A DNA stretch of 64,000 bases, from NCBI GenBank assembly GCA_905178155.1, contig CAJINV010000003.1, positions 6,629,612 to 6,693,611 on the forward strand, written 5' to 3'. A program made the translations under genes and the position numbers. This document shows, piece by piece, positions 34,383-47,067 of the stretch; within the stretch, counting starts at the first letter, position 1; every line of letters begins with the position of its first letter. Origin of the DNA: Amoebophrya sp. A120 (lineage: Eukaryota; Protista; Dinoflagellata). A model generated the notes under the pieces. That model saw nothing but the letters and a program-made list of their open reading frames with translations. It had not been told where the DNA came from and made no database searches.

Positions 34383-35647
34383 TCAGCCAGCCAGCCCCGG
34401 GCAAATTCGGGCCAATAAAATCAGCGTAAAAGAGCACTAATAAAAAAGCTGCGCCGGGTTTCGTCCCATTGGCTTTGTTTATTGATTGGGAAGGGGTTTG
34501 CTTTTCGGAAATCCCGAAGGGCGCCGCGCGTTGCCCCCGGGGGGGAAACTAATGGAGCCCGGAGGCCCTGTCCTTTTGTTCCCTAGGCCAACGGGTGCCG
34601 CATTTGGCTTCTGTGTCCGCCGCGAGGGCGCAGGCCTGCCATTTGCCTTGCCGAAATCGCCCGGCTTGCCGCCGGGGACGGGTTTCGCCGGGTTGCTTCT
34701 CGGGTGGCGCTTTCGTGGTCGTGTTTCTCGGCCCGGGGCCTGGGTTTTGCCTTGTTTTTTCCTAAGGGGCCCGTGGGGGCAGGGTGTCGCCCGCCGGTAT
34801 CGGGAAGCCGATCCCGGCCCAACCTGTGGCCCTTGCTTGGTAGCGGGGCTCTTGTGGGTCAGAAGGGGTCGAGGGTTTTTGCAGAGGAGGCGGCAGGACT
34901 TGCAATGTTTTTCGCAAAATCCCGCGGCCTGACCTCTGCAATAATTTTTGCAATAATCTTTGCAATAAAATTTGCAATAAAAGTTGCATTAATTTGAAAA
35001 CTGGGCGAATCCTTAGGGATTTCGCACCCCCAACAAATTAATGCAAATTTTAATGCAAAATTAAACCACAAATTAAACAAAATTTAAACCACAAATTAAC
35101 ACAATAATCGCAATGGAGACCCAAACTGGAGAAGCCAGAAAACTCGCAGTGTTTTGGGCGTGGGCTGCACAAAAACCGGGGCGGCCCGGGGCTTTTGTTT
35201 TTGGGCGCCGTTTTTGTTGGGTGGGTTTTTGCGGCGCAGCCCTTGCGGCCCCTGCCGTGTCTTGTCCTGTTTCTTTGTGGGATTTTTTTGCCGGGGGCTT
35301 CCGTTTGGTGCTTTGCCATCGTCGCCCCGCTGTGTTGCATATGTTTCGCAGACCCCTTGGGGTCTTGGTTTGCCACATTTTGTTGCCGGGTCCTGTTTCC
35401 GTTTCGTGACCGGGCGCAGAAGCCTTGGGCGCGATGGGCCCGCAGGCAGTCGGCCCCGGTTGCCCTCGCGCGGCCGCAGCCACCGGCTGCGTTCGCCCCC
35501 TGTCTGTTTCCGCAATGTGTCACGCCTTCCCCCTGGCCATTCGCGCCGGCATTTTGGCGCATTTGTTTGGCCCCCCTTCCGCTTTTACATTAATGCTCTC
35601 TCAAACCAATTTAAAACCGGGCAGCTTGCCCGGGGCCGGCAGCCTGA
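34383..35647 (+). mobile_element. TCA...TGA TIR element, 1265 bp
   Basis: 6-bp TSD AGGTGG; near-identical inverted copy at 48532-49797. Confidence 0.95.
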
Positions 35648-36830
35648 AGGTGGCTAAAAAATGGCTTTTTTTTTTCTGATTTTCGAAATCCCAGCGCGGC
35701 GAAGCAGCGGCCGGGGCCTCTCGTTTGGTCTGGTGGGTGTCTTGGCTCCCCCGCTCCGGGTTTGTTGGCCTTTGTCCTGTGCGTGCCCCGCGCCCCACGG
35801 CGCCAACCTCGGTCGTCCGGTGCATGGATGGGCCCGCGCCCTTCGGTGTTTGTCTGTGTTGCGGGGTATCGTTGGGCATTTCTGTCACCCGGCGCAGTTA
35901 GGTGGTTCAGGGTGTCGCCCGTCTGGTTGTTCCGCATGTTTTGGGGTGTGAGGGTGTTCGACAGTGGGACAGCCGCGAAAATTGTTGCTCTGGCAGTCGC
36001 CACGGGCAACAATTTTCGCGTCTATTGTTCCGTCTTCTGCAGGATCATATGTGAAGCATGTTCTGCCTCGACCTTCTTCTTCCGCACTTGGCTTCGTTCT
36101 GTGTCAAGTTGGATGTGTATTTCGAAACAAGATCCACCTTCGCGCAAAAGTCGCTTGTTATTTTCAGTTTCGGAAACGGACAGGTTGAGACCTGTCCGTT
36201 TCCAAAACTGCTGTATTCGACCATTTTTCGGCTGATGAACATCTTCTAAATCTTCTTCTAAATCCTGTATACAAGCATTTCCTTAGGGCAATCACTGTAA
36301 AACAGATTTAGAAGAAGGAGAAGAAGCTGCTCATCAGCCGAACATTCGGGTCGAATCAGAAGAAAAATAGTAAGTGACTTAGAAGGTGGATTTAGAAACA
36401 AAAATAGAAGGCAGATTTAGAAGGAAAGATAGAAGGTAAATTTAGAAGGAAAAATGCAAGGAAATTTAGAAGGAAAAATAGAAGGCGCGGACTTGGACAC
36501 AAAAATAGAAGGAAATTCAGAAGGTCCTTCAGTTTTTGTTTCTCGATTGTAGCGCCTGGCTTCTTGGTGGGGTTTGGCTTCGGGGAATTCTTGAGTGAGC
36601 TGGTTCGTGTTTTTGGGTGGTCTTGGCAAGGGCGCATGAGGATCAGATCATGCCATTGGGCATGGCCGCCTCAAAGAAGCTTGCCCCGATGCCGCTTTTC
36701 AACTTTGCCACCCTTGTGTTTTTGGGGTTTGGAGACCGACCCCGGTTTCTCCTCTTCGTTTTCTCTTGCCCCGGGGTCCGTTGACATTGCGCCTTGCCTT
36801 TGTTCTTCTGCCGACCCGCCCGTCTCCGTT

Positions 36831-38091
36831 TCAGCCAGCCAGCCCCGGGCAAATTCGGGCCAATAAAATCAGCGTGAAAAAGCATTAATGTGAAAGCTGG
36901 GTCGGGTTTCGTCTCGTTGGTTTTGGGCATTGGCTGGCCAGGGGTTGGCTCTGCCGGAATTCCCGAAGAGCGTCGCGCGGAGTCCGTAGGGGGGGGAAAC
37001 TTTGCCCGGGGGCCCTGCTCTTTTGGTGTGTGGCCCGCGGGTGCCGTGTTTGGGTTCTGTGCCCATTGCGAGGGTGTAGGCCTTCCCTGTGCCATGCCGA
37101 AATTCCCCGGCTTCTCGCCGGGGGTGGGCCTTGTCGGGTTGCTTCTCGGGCGGTGTTTTCGTGGTCGTGTTGCTCGGCCCGGGGGCTTGATTTTGCCGCG
37201 GCTCTTCCCCCGGGGCTTCAGGGGGTAGGACGTCGCCCGCCGAGACATTGGGAGCCGACCCCGGCCAAGCGCGCGGCCTTTGGTTGGTAGCGGCGCGCTT
37301 GTGAGCCAATGGGGGTCGAGGGTTTTTGAAGAGGGGGCGGCAGGACTTGCGACTTTTTTCGCATGATCCCGCGGCCTGACCTCTGCAATAACTTTTGCAA
37401 TAATCTATGCAATAAAAATTGCAATAAAATTTGCACTAATTTCAAAACAAGGCGAAACATGAGGGAAATCGCGCCCCCCATAAATTAATGCCAATTTTAA
37501 TGCAAAACTAAGCCACAAATTAAACAAAATTTAAACCACAAATTAACACAATAATCACAACGGAGACCCAATCTGGGGAAAGCGCAAAAGTCGCAATGTT
37601 TTGGGTGTGGGTTGCCAAGCAACCGGGGTGGCCCAGGGTTTTTGTTTTTGGGCGGAATTTTTAGGGTGTAGGCCTTTTTGGCGCAGCCTGCGGGCCACTT
37701 GCCGTGGTTTCGTTTGATCTTCGGCAAGGTTTGTGCTTGGTTTCCGGTTTGTGTTATGCCAACGCCGCCCCCTGTGTTGCATATTGTAGACAGGGCCCCG
37801 TGGGGGGCTTGGTTTTTCCCATTCCTTTGCCGGGCCCTGTTTCCGCTTCGTGATCTGGCGCAGAAGCCGGGGGCGCGATGGGCCCACAGGCCTGCGGCCT
37901 TGGCTGTCCTCGCGGGCCCGCGGCCAATGCCTGTGCTCGCCCCCTGTCTGTTTGGACCGCGCGCCGCGCCTTCCCCCTGGCCATTCGCGCCGGCACTTTG
38001 GCGCGCTTCTTTTGCCCCCCTCCCGCTTTTAGATTAGTGCTTTTTTACACCAACTTCGAAACGGGTAGCTTGCCCGGGGCCGGCAACCTGA
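36831..38091 (+). mobile_element. TCA...TGA TIR element, 1261 bp (relative of 34383-35647)
   Basis: 6-bp TSD TCCGTT. Confidence 0.94.
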
Positions 38092-40598
38092 TCCGTTCTT
38101 GGTATTTCACAAGGAATTGCGCCCAGCTTGTGTTTTTTCAAAAATCAGAAAAAAAATAGAAAAAAATTAGAAGCCTCCACCGCCCCGGGTCCTCCGACTG
38201 AAGTGACAGGATGGAACGGCGACGGTTTGGTGGGTAGTCGCACTAAGAGAAAGAGCGCGAACACTTCTAAAGGATCTGCCTCGACCACATACCGAATACC
38301 ATTGAAATCCCGATGCTACGCAGATGATGACACACATACTCAAGCTAGCATCTTTGGCGAAAATACCACGGAAAACACATGGCTATGGCACAAAGAGAAA
38401 CACCAACACGATGAAAAACCTCCCCCCCTCAGAAACGACGCACGGTTTCAGGATGAAGGAAAATCGTGCGGGTACTAGCATGCTACACATTTCCGCAGTC
38501 CTGTGCAGCCTTAGTGTGAAACACGTGGAGGATGGACTACGATTCGAGAATCGAAGCGGCGTAGACAGCCGGCAAACCGATCTCGCTGTCATCTAAGTCA
38601 ATAGATGGGTGGGCGCACGCGTGGAAACACAGCAAAGGACTTCCCATTGGTTTGGTCAAGGGATCAGCCTTATTCGCGCCGGTGGCTGGGTACGTGCGCG
38701 ATGTTTTGGACGTGATCCTTGACTTCGTGAAAACGGAGCAAGAAGTGTTTCGTCTTCTTGGTTGGTAACTCCGAGCGCGCAACTTCGATTGCAGATTTGT
38801 TGTCCACAAAGAGCATACCGGGTAGAGATTGATTTTCATCGAGCCACTCCAGATACCCCTGGGCCTGCGATAGCTTCAACGTGTCGAAGAGGGCAATGTA
38901 CTCGCTCTCGCATGTTGAGTATGCGCGAAGTGTCTGGCGCTTGCTAGACCAAGCGATGGGCATGCCCCTGAAAAAGAGAATGCTTCCATTGCTGCTGCGG
39001 AGGGTGACGGAACACCCAGCAAAATCTGCGTCACTGAATCCCACAAAGTCCGGGAGGGATTGTTTGGCATTCTGCTCCTCAAGCACTTCAGTATATTGCT
39101 TGCGAAATTCCCGCTCTCGTTCCGGTGTGTACTCTAAAACGACATGGGAAGTCTGCAGCAAGTACCTGACTACGCGCTTTGCCGTTGTCACGACAGAAGC
39201 TGTAGGCTTGATTTGAGCTCGTGCGACCCTGTTCATTGCGAAAATGCAATCTGGGCGGGCCATGGTTGCAATATATTGCAGTCCTCCGATGAGGCTATGC
39301 AGCGGGTAATCCGGCAGCGGCTTTCCTTCATCAAAGTCGGTGTAAACGCACGGCGTGGCAAGTGGCTTTCCAGCGTCGATTTTGAACTTTTCCGCAAGCT
39401 TCTTGATGGCTTTCTCCAAATCAAGACGCAAGGTCTTCCGTTGCCGATCGTAACGCATACGAACGCCAAGGATATCCCGAACATCGAAAGGGCCTTCCTT
39501 CTCTGCGGGGATAAGTTTGCCTTCGAACTTGCCAAGGATACGGGCGCAGGCGGCGGACACCTCGTCGAAATTCTCGCCCGAGATGAGAGAGTCATCAACG
39601 TAGATGGCCAACGTCAGCCCATTCTTCTTGAATAGTCCGGGCGCCTGGGGGCAGCGTTTCCAGCCGTCTTCCAGAAGATACGCGGCATACGTATCATATC
39701 ACTTGCGTGGCGCGATTTTGAGTCCGTATAAGGATCTCAAAAGTCTGACTCTGTCGCCACGGGGATCCGTGCTCCAGTGTTTGCTTGGGTAAGCGAACAA
39801 AGACTCTATGCGATTCGTCTAAGGCAGAACGGATGAACGCATTCGAGATGTCGAATTGTTCAACGAACTTAGCCGAAGCGGCGGCATCAACCAGCAGGGT
39901 GCGGGTCGCGGCATGGGAAACGGTCGGGGAGAACATTTCGGCGCGCATGACTTTCGTCTGGCGGTTTCCGAGTGCAACAGGGCGGGCCTTGAATCTTCCA
40001 CACCGTTTGCGAGTGTAAATCACAACGGCCGGGATGATCTCGTCGTCCTTACCGAATTCGCCATCTTGTAACGGCCTCCAGCACTTGAGTGCTTCTAGCT
40101 GTGTACGCTCTAGCGTATCAGCTTCCAGCCATTTGGCGGCGTCTGGTCCTGTAAACGCCTCCACCCTGGTGACTTGTATTGTCCAACAAATCGCCTCGCC
40201 ATCCTTCTCGTGATCAAAAACTCGAGAAGCAACAAACGCGCCAGCGACTTCATTTTCAAAAATTGCTTTGGCGCCATTGCCCTGGGGCTGATCTCGAAGG
40301 GGCTTCACAAGGTCCGAAGCAGTTGGCTGCTTTGGTTTCCGACCGGGCTTCTGCCAGTGGGGGCATTGTGCGCGAGTAAGCCCCTTGGGCCGTCCACGAC
40401 GGTTTCTTTTCTTAATGATGACGCCGTCTCTTCCCACTAACATGTAGGGGTTGAGGTCGTCATCGATCAACTTTGAAACGTCCGGCGGCGCTACCTGGGG
40501 CGCAACTTGTGGGGCGACAGGAGCTGAGTTCCCTCCTTCCTGCGCGGGACCATCTGTGGGCGCCGCACCACGGTCGTCGCCGTCGGTGGGGCTTCCGG

Positions 40599-41923
40599 TC
40601 ATGTGGAGACGCCCCGGGCGGACTTTGCTTCTAAAAATTCGCTAAAATTTCCGGGATTTCAAAAATTCCGGGCGCCCATTTTATCGGGCCGCGGTAGATC
40701 CCCCCCCAGGCGCGCGGCAGTGTCCCCCGTGGCGTCCTGCCCTTTGTCCCCGGTTTGTTCTGTGCAGGCAGCCGGGTGGTTGTTCGGTGTTTCTTGGCAG
40801 GTTGGGTGGGGCTCGGCCGGTTTTAAAATTTAAAAATTTGCAATGGTTTCCTGGGTAAGTTATGTTTTCAATTTTAAAAATAGGGCGATGTTGTTGTCGT
40901 GGATCGATATAAGTAGATGTGGCGTTGGGCAGATGAGAGGGAAGGTGTTGGGGGTGTGTGGGTTTTATCTCGTAGGCAGATGCCAAGCGGTATGTGCCTC
41001 AGCGCACATTCCTCTTTGCATTTCGGCGAGCGAGATATTTGTTTGGTGTTTCGCGGAAGATGATGTTCGTTGTTTTCGAACACGAGCATCATCTCCCGCA
41101 GCCCGCAAACAAAGATCGAGAGCTGCCGGACCTCACATGTTTCCGTGAAGCGGAATCGGAAGAACCTTCCGGCGCACCGGAAGAATCTTCCGGTTCTGCT
41201 TCCGGTTTTGCCGTCCGAAATTCTTCTCCTTCATCTTCTAAAATCACAAAATCGCGATTTTGTGTGTGATTTCGCCTACCCAGCAGCTTTAGCGGATTTT
41301 TAGAAGTCCGAAAGCTGTTGGGTGGGCGAAAGAATTAGAAGATTTTTAGAGAAGGAATTAGAGGGCAGAATTAGAGGGATTTTTAGAGGCCTTTTTAGAG
41401 GCCTTTTTAGAGGCGGTTTTAGAAGGTTGCTTTAGAGACGGCTTTTAGAGAGGCATTTTAGAGACCCGTTTTAGAGACGGGTTTTAGAGGCCGGTTTTAG
41501 AGGCCCGTTTTAGAGACGGGTTTTAGAGGCCCGTTTTAGAGGCCGACTTTAGAGGCCGAAATTAGAAGCCTACTGTAGAAGCCGGCGCCGGCGGATTGGC
41601 TTTGGAAGAAAGATCACCCCGCCTTCCGCATCGGATCATCGTGACTAAGTAGCTCGGGCAGTGATCCGATGTGCAGGTGTTCGGGGTGATCTTTTGTCTT
41701 GTCTTCTCTTCTTCGCTACTACCACTTGTCCTGGGACGCTCTTTCCTCATCATACAGTTGCTGTCTTTGCGCCACGTCGCCTCTTTCCTTTCTTGGCTTC
41801 GGCGCCGACTTCATCACTCTCCTGGGCCTGCCACCAGGGGTTTTGGGTCCTTGCTTTTTCGACAAGACCGGAAAAATTAGAAGAATTTTAGACGCTGGGA
41901 CCGCCCGGGCGTTTTCCACATGA
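40599..41923. mobile_element. TCA...TGA TIR element, 1325 bp, in the IN-RT linker
   Basis: 6-bp TSD TTCCGG; TCATGTGGA...TCCACATGA; removal gives KENESAGSPTDG. Confidence 0.93.
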
Positions 41924-44900
41924 TTCCGGCAGACTCGTTTTCTTTGTCTCCGCCCTGGGCCGTTTCCGGCGCCGGGGGGGGCGACTCCGTCCGTTTTTCT
42001 CCGTTTCAGAGCCGGTTCTTCAACCCCCTCAGAAGTTTGTTTCCAACGCTTTTCGACTTCCTCAAGCGCGGCGCGAAGGCGATCGGAATCGCTTCTCACT
42101 GCTCCAGCGGAATCGTCGGCGTTTGGGGCTTGCCTCTGCGACGGTTCTTTCTCCGGTTTCCGAAGGGCGTTGACATTGGGCACTAACGTGTCCTCGTCGA
42201 ACTTGTTGGACCGAGATTCGACTGTCGTCCATCTCTGGCCGCTCTTTGCGCGTGCATCATGGTGGAAAACACCTACCACGTATGAGCTTGACTCCCTGGA
42301 GAATCCGAGGAAGACTCCCTTTTCATAGCGGTCAACCAACTTCGTGCTCTCGGTTTTGTCGCTTGGAATGTGCTTGCGAACATACGCAACGCACCCAAAG
42401 CGGCGATGGTGTTTGACATCGGCCTGGCGACCAAAACGCTTGCTGAAAGGGGCGGGGAACTTGGTTTTCCGCTGCACTCGGTTCTTGACATACGCGACGT
42501 AACGCGCACACCAATCCCAGAGCCGGGGATCTACTCCCTGAAGGTTGGCCCTCAGGCCATCCCCAAGAGTTCTGTGCCAGCGCTCCACGTTCCCATTGCC
42601 TTGCGGCTCTCGTGGAACGCTGTGGCCAGCGACGCAATTGATTTCCCGACAGGCTTCTTTCCATGGTCCTTCCATGCCTTTTATCACGGGCTCATTGTCA
42701 CAACGAGCGACCTTGGGGACCCCGACTTGCGTAGCAAAGTCCCGAAGGACCTTGCCGCATTGCGCTTTGTCTGCAATGCCCCACGGCTCGAGCCAGTCTG
42801 TGGCTGAGTCCCGGAGCGTGATGCAAATTGTGTTTCCATCCATGGAAGCGGGTAATCCTCCGGAGAAGAAATCCGTCTCAACTTGGTCCATCCACTTCTT
42901 GTGGAGATAGGTCGCGGGGCGGACCTTTCGATGCTGTTGAGAACCATAGGACTTAGAAACAGCGCAATCAGGGCAGTGAACCTTGATGCCTTGGACTCCT
43001 AAATGCCCAAGCCTTTGGCGTAACTAACCGCAAGGCAGAGCAGGAGTTCTGGTTTCCAATCACATTCGCCAACGCCTCGCCTTCCAAGAGGTAGAAACCC
43101 ACGCAGGGAAGCTTTTGGCGTATTTTGACCTTGTGGCGATAGCCCGAAGCGTCCTGGAGCCGTCGTCCTTCTTTCGCGTGGTAGTACGAACCACCATCCT
43201 GCGCCATCGTTTCGACAGAAAGCAGGCAAACCTGCAAAGCAGGGTGGTACAACACAACCCGGGCACCCAAGTTATTGGGCTTGAGACTTCCGATTTTCGC
43301 AGGCTCTGAGCATTCGCCGTCAGCTGTTGTGAGACTCACGGTTTCTCCGGTAAAGCTCTCAAACATTGACTCATGCGGGAACATGTGGTGGGTAGCACCA
43401 CTGTCCGTGATGATTTTCAAAGCTCGAAGTCCGTCCTTGGCTTTCGGCTGCTGCACGAAGTGCGCGCGCGCGTGCCTGGAGGAGTTAAGGACGTTCGGAA
43501 GACTCGTATACGCGGCACAACCGGCGGCATACGAGGGAAGTCGTAGCAACCTCCTGGAATTCAATTTCTTGACCGAATTCCGGGGGAATGAGATTCCGAA
43601 TTTCTTCAAAATCTCGGGGGGGCAGGGACCGGAAAGATTCCAGATTTGCATCGCAGCTTTCGCAAGACACGATGTAAATCGGTAGATTGGACTTCCAATC
43701 ACGAGGGTGGGGCAGTTCAAAAACGTAAAACACACAAACACGAAGAACCACACAGCCGACAAAAGCAGAGCGGGCAGAACACTGGCCAAGTAAAAACTGA
43801 CTGCTTTTAGGTGCGGAGAACGCACACAGAGCGGAGAACGCTCGCAGTATCCCTGGTTCACATTGTTCTTGTTTTGCTGTGGTTGACGCGTTTCGTAGAA
43901 CTTTCGAACTCGTTCCGCCTTTTCTCCTGCAAGAGTGTAAGGCAACTCGCTCGCCTTTCTCGCATAGTTCTCATCGGTGGCCATCCGATGCTCGTGCTCG
44001 CGCACAAACATGGGCAGGCTGCCCGACAAGCCCCAAGGCGTGTTTTTCTTCTTTCCCACCGTGGCGCCGTTGGTGATCCCATTCAGCTCCGGAAGCTGGA
44101 CGGGGGCGGTCGCGGTCTTCTTTTCGGCGGTGTGGACGACAACAGCGGCGGCGCTGTTGGTGTTTGCCTTCTTGGTGTTGCTCGCGGTCGTCTTCTCCTG
44201 GGATTCCGAGGAGGAGAGCAGGGAGGCAACAGAAGACAAAGAACCCGACCGGGCGCGCGGGCGCTTGTTGGTGGTTTCGTCCTCGGCGGTGACCTGCAGC
44301 GGGAAAACGCGCGCGCAGTTCGCCCCTGCCTTTTTCTTACCGTTGCCGGGCGGGGTTCCGCTCGCGGCTTCCGCTTTCTTCTTCGCGTCGGTGGCCTTCT
44401 TCTTGCGGCACTCGCTCACGTCGTGGCCCTTGTGCCGGCAAAACTGGCAGCGCTTAGCCTTCTGGGTGTCCTCCGGCTTCTGCGCTTTGCCTTTGCCTTT
44501 GTTGGCGATCGCCTTAACGCTTGCCAGCTCCTTGCTTCCGCAATTTTTCCTGGCTCTTCTCCAAGGCGACAACCTTGGCGCTGTTGGCCTTGCTGTCTTC
44601 GGTCTTGGTTTCGCCGGCAACGCGCTGGAACTCGCGGAGGGTGGTGGTGATGCGGTCGGCGTCGGTCACTTCGTTGGCCATGAGCGTGGCAACGGTCGGG
44701 GCGAAGTTGTCGGGAAGTCCGGACAAAATGCAGCCGGCTAAGAACTCAGGCAGCAAAATTTTTCCGCCAAGCTTCTCGCGGAAGACAGCGCGCACGCGGT
44801 TAGCGTATTCGTCCGCAAACTCGCCGGGGTTCATCCGCATGCGGATAAGTTCAACAACAACAGCGAAGCGGGTGGCCATCTTCTGACTGGCGTACTTATT

Positions 44901-45241
44901 TTCGAGCGCCCAAACCATGCGAAGCAGGTGCGTAGGCTGCGGGCCGGTGATCGCGCGCAAAATTTGGTGGGGGTCCGGTCCGCAACTTTGCGAAATCATG
45001 GCGGCGAGCGGTTTCGCGGTCCAACTGTTCCAGCTGGGGGCGGCTTCAACTTTCGCCAAGGCGGTCGGGATATCCGTGCCCTTAGCGATCTCCTTACGGT
45101 AATCCACATAAAGTTCGGCCCAATCCTTCCAGGCTGTACCAGCTCCCGAGGGCGGGGCGGAGGAAGAAGAGGAGGCGCCGACGGCGGTGGAGGTCGGGGG
45201 CGGGTTGCGCGGGTACCCTTCCAAGATGCGAAAGAGGTCAA

Positions 45242-46460
45242 TCAGCTGGAGAGGCCGGGGCGGTTTCAGTTGCTAAATATTTTCGAAATTTTGCGGGATT
45301 TTTCAGAAATGCAAGCCTCGAGAGCACGGCCGAGGATCGGCCCTTGCCGGATAAAGAAGAAAGACAAAAGGAAGAGAGAACCCCAAGGGCGACTGTGGAG
45401 GCGCGGCAGAACGAAAATAGGCAAAAAGCATGGCGGGCTGATTTAGCGGACCCGGGCCCCAAACACACGAGCCCGATTTTCCAAAAGGATGCGACTTCGC
45501 CGACCATAGGGACACCGATTCAGCTGCCAAACAGAGGTCATTCATGAGGGTACTCTGCGAAACCGCTCCAAATGGCACTCTAAATGGGTATGCTAAATCG
45601 GCCCTCTAAATCGCACCCCTCTAAATGGGGGTGCTAAATCGGCACTCTAACGGAAATCCTCTAAATGGGGGTGTTAAATGAGGGCGCTAAATCGCCCCTC
45701 TAAATAGCACTCTAAGTCGCATGCTAAATCAACATGCTAAGTCGCATGCTAAATCGGCATGCTAAATGACCCTGCTAAACCATGCGGGAAGGCACCCTCT
45801 TCGACGACCGCGAAATCCCTGTGAGTTCTCGAAAGCGCAGATTTGTTCCCGAAAATCCACCCCCCGGGGACTCTAAATGAGAACGGAGGTGGTCGAAGAG
45901 GTGACTTTCCCGCAGGAAAGGTCGCTGCGCGACCCCGACCTCGGGTCTCGCCGAAGGTGCGTCGCCAGCCCCAACGACCTCTCCTTCCGACGGACGACTC
46001 AAAAACAAAGCAATCCCCTCCAAGCATCACATTGACTCACGAGAGCCAATGCGATGCTGGAAACAACCTCACGCTCGGGAGACAGAATGTCGACTCCCAA
46101 CCAAACACACCCGCCCCGGTGTGTCGACGAAAACGAACACAGAGGACCCCGCCCGACTTCGGAATTTGAAAAATCCCAGCGCACAGCATACCACTCAAAA
46201 CGCGGCAAATTTTTAAATTTTAAATCTTTGAAAACCCCAAGGCCGCAAGCAAATGGGAACCACAGAGGGGAATACGCTGCGGCCTGGCACGCGGACGGGG
46301 GCGCGTGCGCCAAAGGCGCCGCGGTGCCGGACGCGTGGCGCCCCTGCCATCCGCGGCACCACAGGCCGAGACCCGGCCCCCGGGTTTTCCATTTTCCAAA
46401 AATCCCGCAAAATATAGAAGATATTTAGTCGACTTCACCGCCCCAGACCTCTCCGACTGA
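45242..46460. mobile_element. TCA...TGA TIR element, 1219 bp, in gag
   Basis: 6-bp TSD GGTCAA; removal gives WSFDLFRILEG. Confidence 0.93.
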
Positions 46461-46662
46461 GGTCAAAACTCCAGCGCGGCCAATCTTCCGCCGCCTGCAA
46501 TTTCGTGGCCATCTTCGACGGGGTGTCCTTCTCGTTGCCGGTGGCCATGTTTGTGGTTCCTAGTTTTTCGAAATTTTTCAAAGTCTAAAACTAGGCGCGT
46601 CCAAGTGTAAAACTCAAGGGGATAAACAAAAAAACTCTAGCTAAAGCCTAAAGCTTTAGCCC

Positions 46663-46683
46663 TCTAAGCACAGGGCTCAAGAT
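46663..46683 (-). promoter_or_regulatory. Putative primer binding site complementary to an internal (anticodon-arm) tRNA segment
   Basis: Minus strand ATCTTGAGCCCTGTGCTTAGA directly after the LTR; no TGG. Confidence 0.5.
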
Positions 46684-46939
46684 TGTTAGAACACTAATAC
46701 ACCATGTAGCCCGGTGAGCAGGCTACTGCACTAGTATCCACGTAACTGTGAGAGCATGGGGAAACACAAAGCATCATCATCATTCATCATCTCTCAGTCG
46801 CTCCACCTCTCTGAGCATCGGGATTCCGCTCGGGATAATGAAGGATCTGATTTCATGATCGTGGATTTACAGTGGTATTTGCATCGGTATTTGGTCGTCA
46901 TGATCAGCATTGCATGGTGATTTAGTGATCATGCCTACA
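46684..46939 (-). repeat. Copia 5' LTR, 256 bp
   Basis: TGTTAGAAC...GCCTACA on the + strand. Confidence 0.95.
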
Positions 46940-47067
46940 TTTTTAGTCTTTACTTCTGGTTTTTCTTTTTATTTTTAGCTTTGTTTTGCTTTTAGCTTTT
47001 ACTTTTAGCTAGCTTTTATTTACTCTTGGCTTTTACTTTTAGCTTTTCCTTTTAGCTTTTATTTTTG

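Larger units (their letters stand above)
34351..38201. mobile_element. TCA...TGA TIR element (1313 bp without two nested copies) in the copia 3' UTR
   Basis: 6-bp TSD AGTGAC. Confidence 0.9.
38537..46548 (-). pseudogene. Disrupted copia gag-pol polyprotein
   Basis: ATG at 46548 (MATGNEK..EDWPRWSFDL|FRILEG), zinc knuckle CQFCRHKGHDVSEC, protease DSGATHHMF, RLGH..CPDC, integrase RCDN..PQGNGNVER, RT QFDISNAF and IYVDD, RNase H FSDADFAG..ESEY..VDNKSAI; two insertions, frameshifts and a TGA at the RT Trp (39699-39701). Confidence 0.93.
28322..46939 (-). mobile_element. Ty1/copia LTR retrotransposon (about 6.5 kb once nested insertions are removed)
   Basis: 256-bp LTRs TG...CA, TSD TTTTT (28317-28321, 46940-46944), PPT GAGGGGGAA adjacent to 34302, gag-PR-IN-RT-RH order. 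Confidence 0.95.

Noticed and set aside
28336-38201. Many 100-275-aa ORFs in the nested elements
   Set aside because: Low-complexity GC-rich open frames on both strands with no recognisable domains
39699-39701. TGA at the RT Trp (APRK*Y) as evidence for UGA=Trp
   Set aside because: It lies in a frameshifted, dead retrotransposon, and a single TGG-to-TGA transition is ordinary decay
40599-46460. TCA...TGA inserts as spliced introns of the copia element
   Set aside because: Clean frame restoration follows from any TSD-making insertion, and the host ORF is broken elsewhere, so there is no evidence of removal
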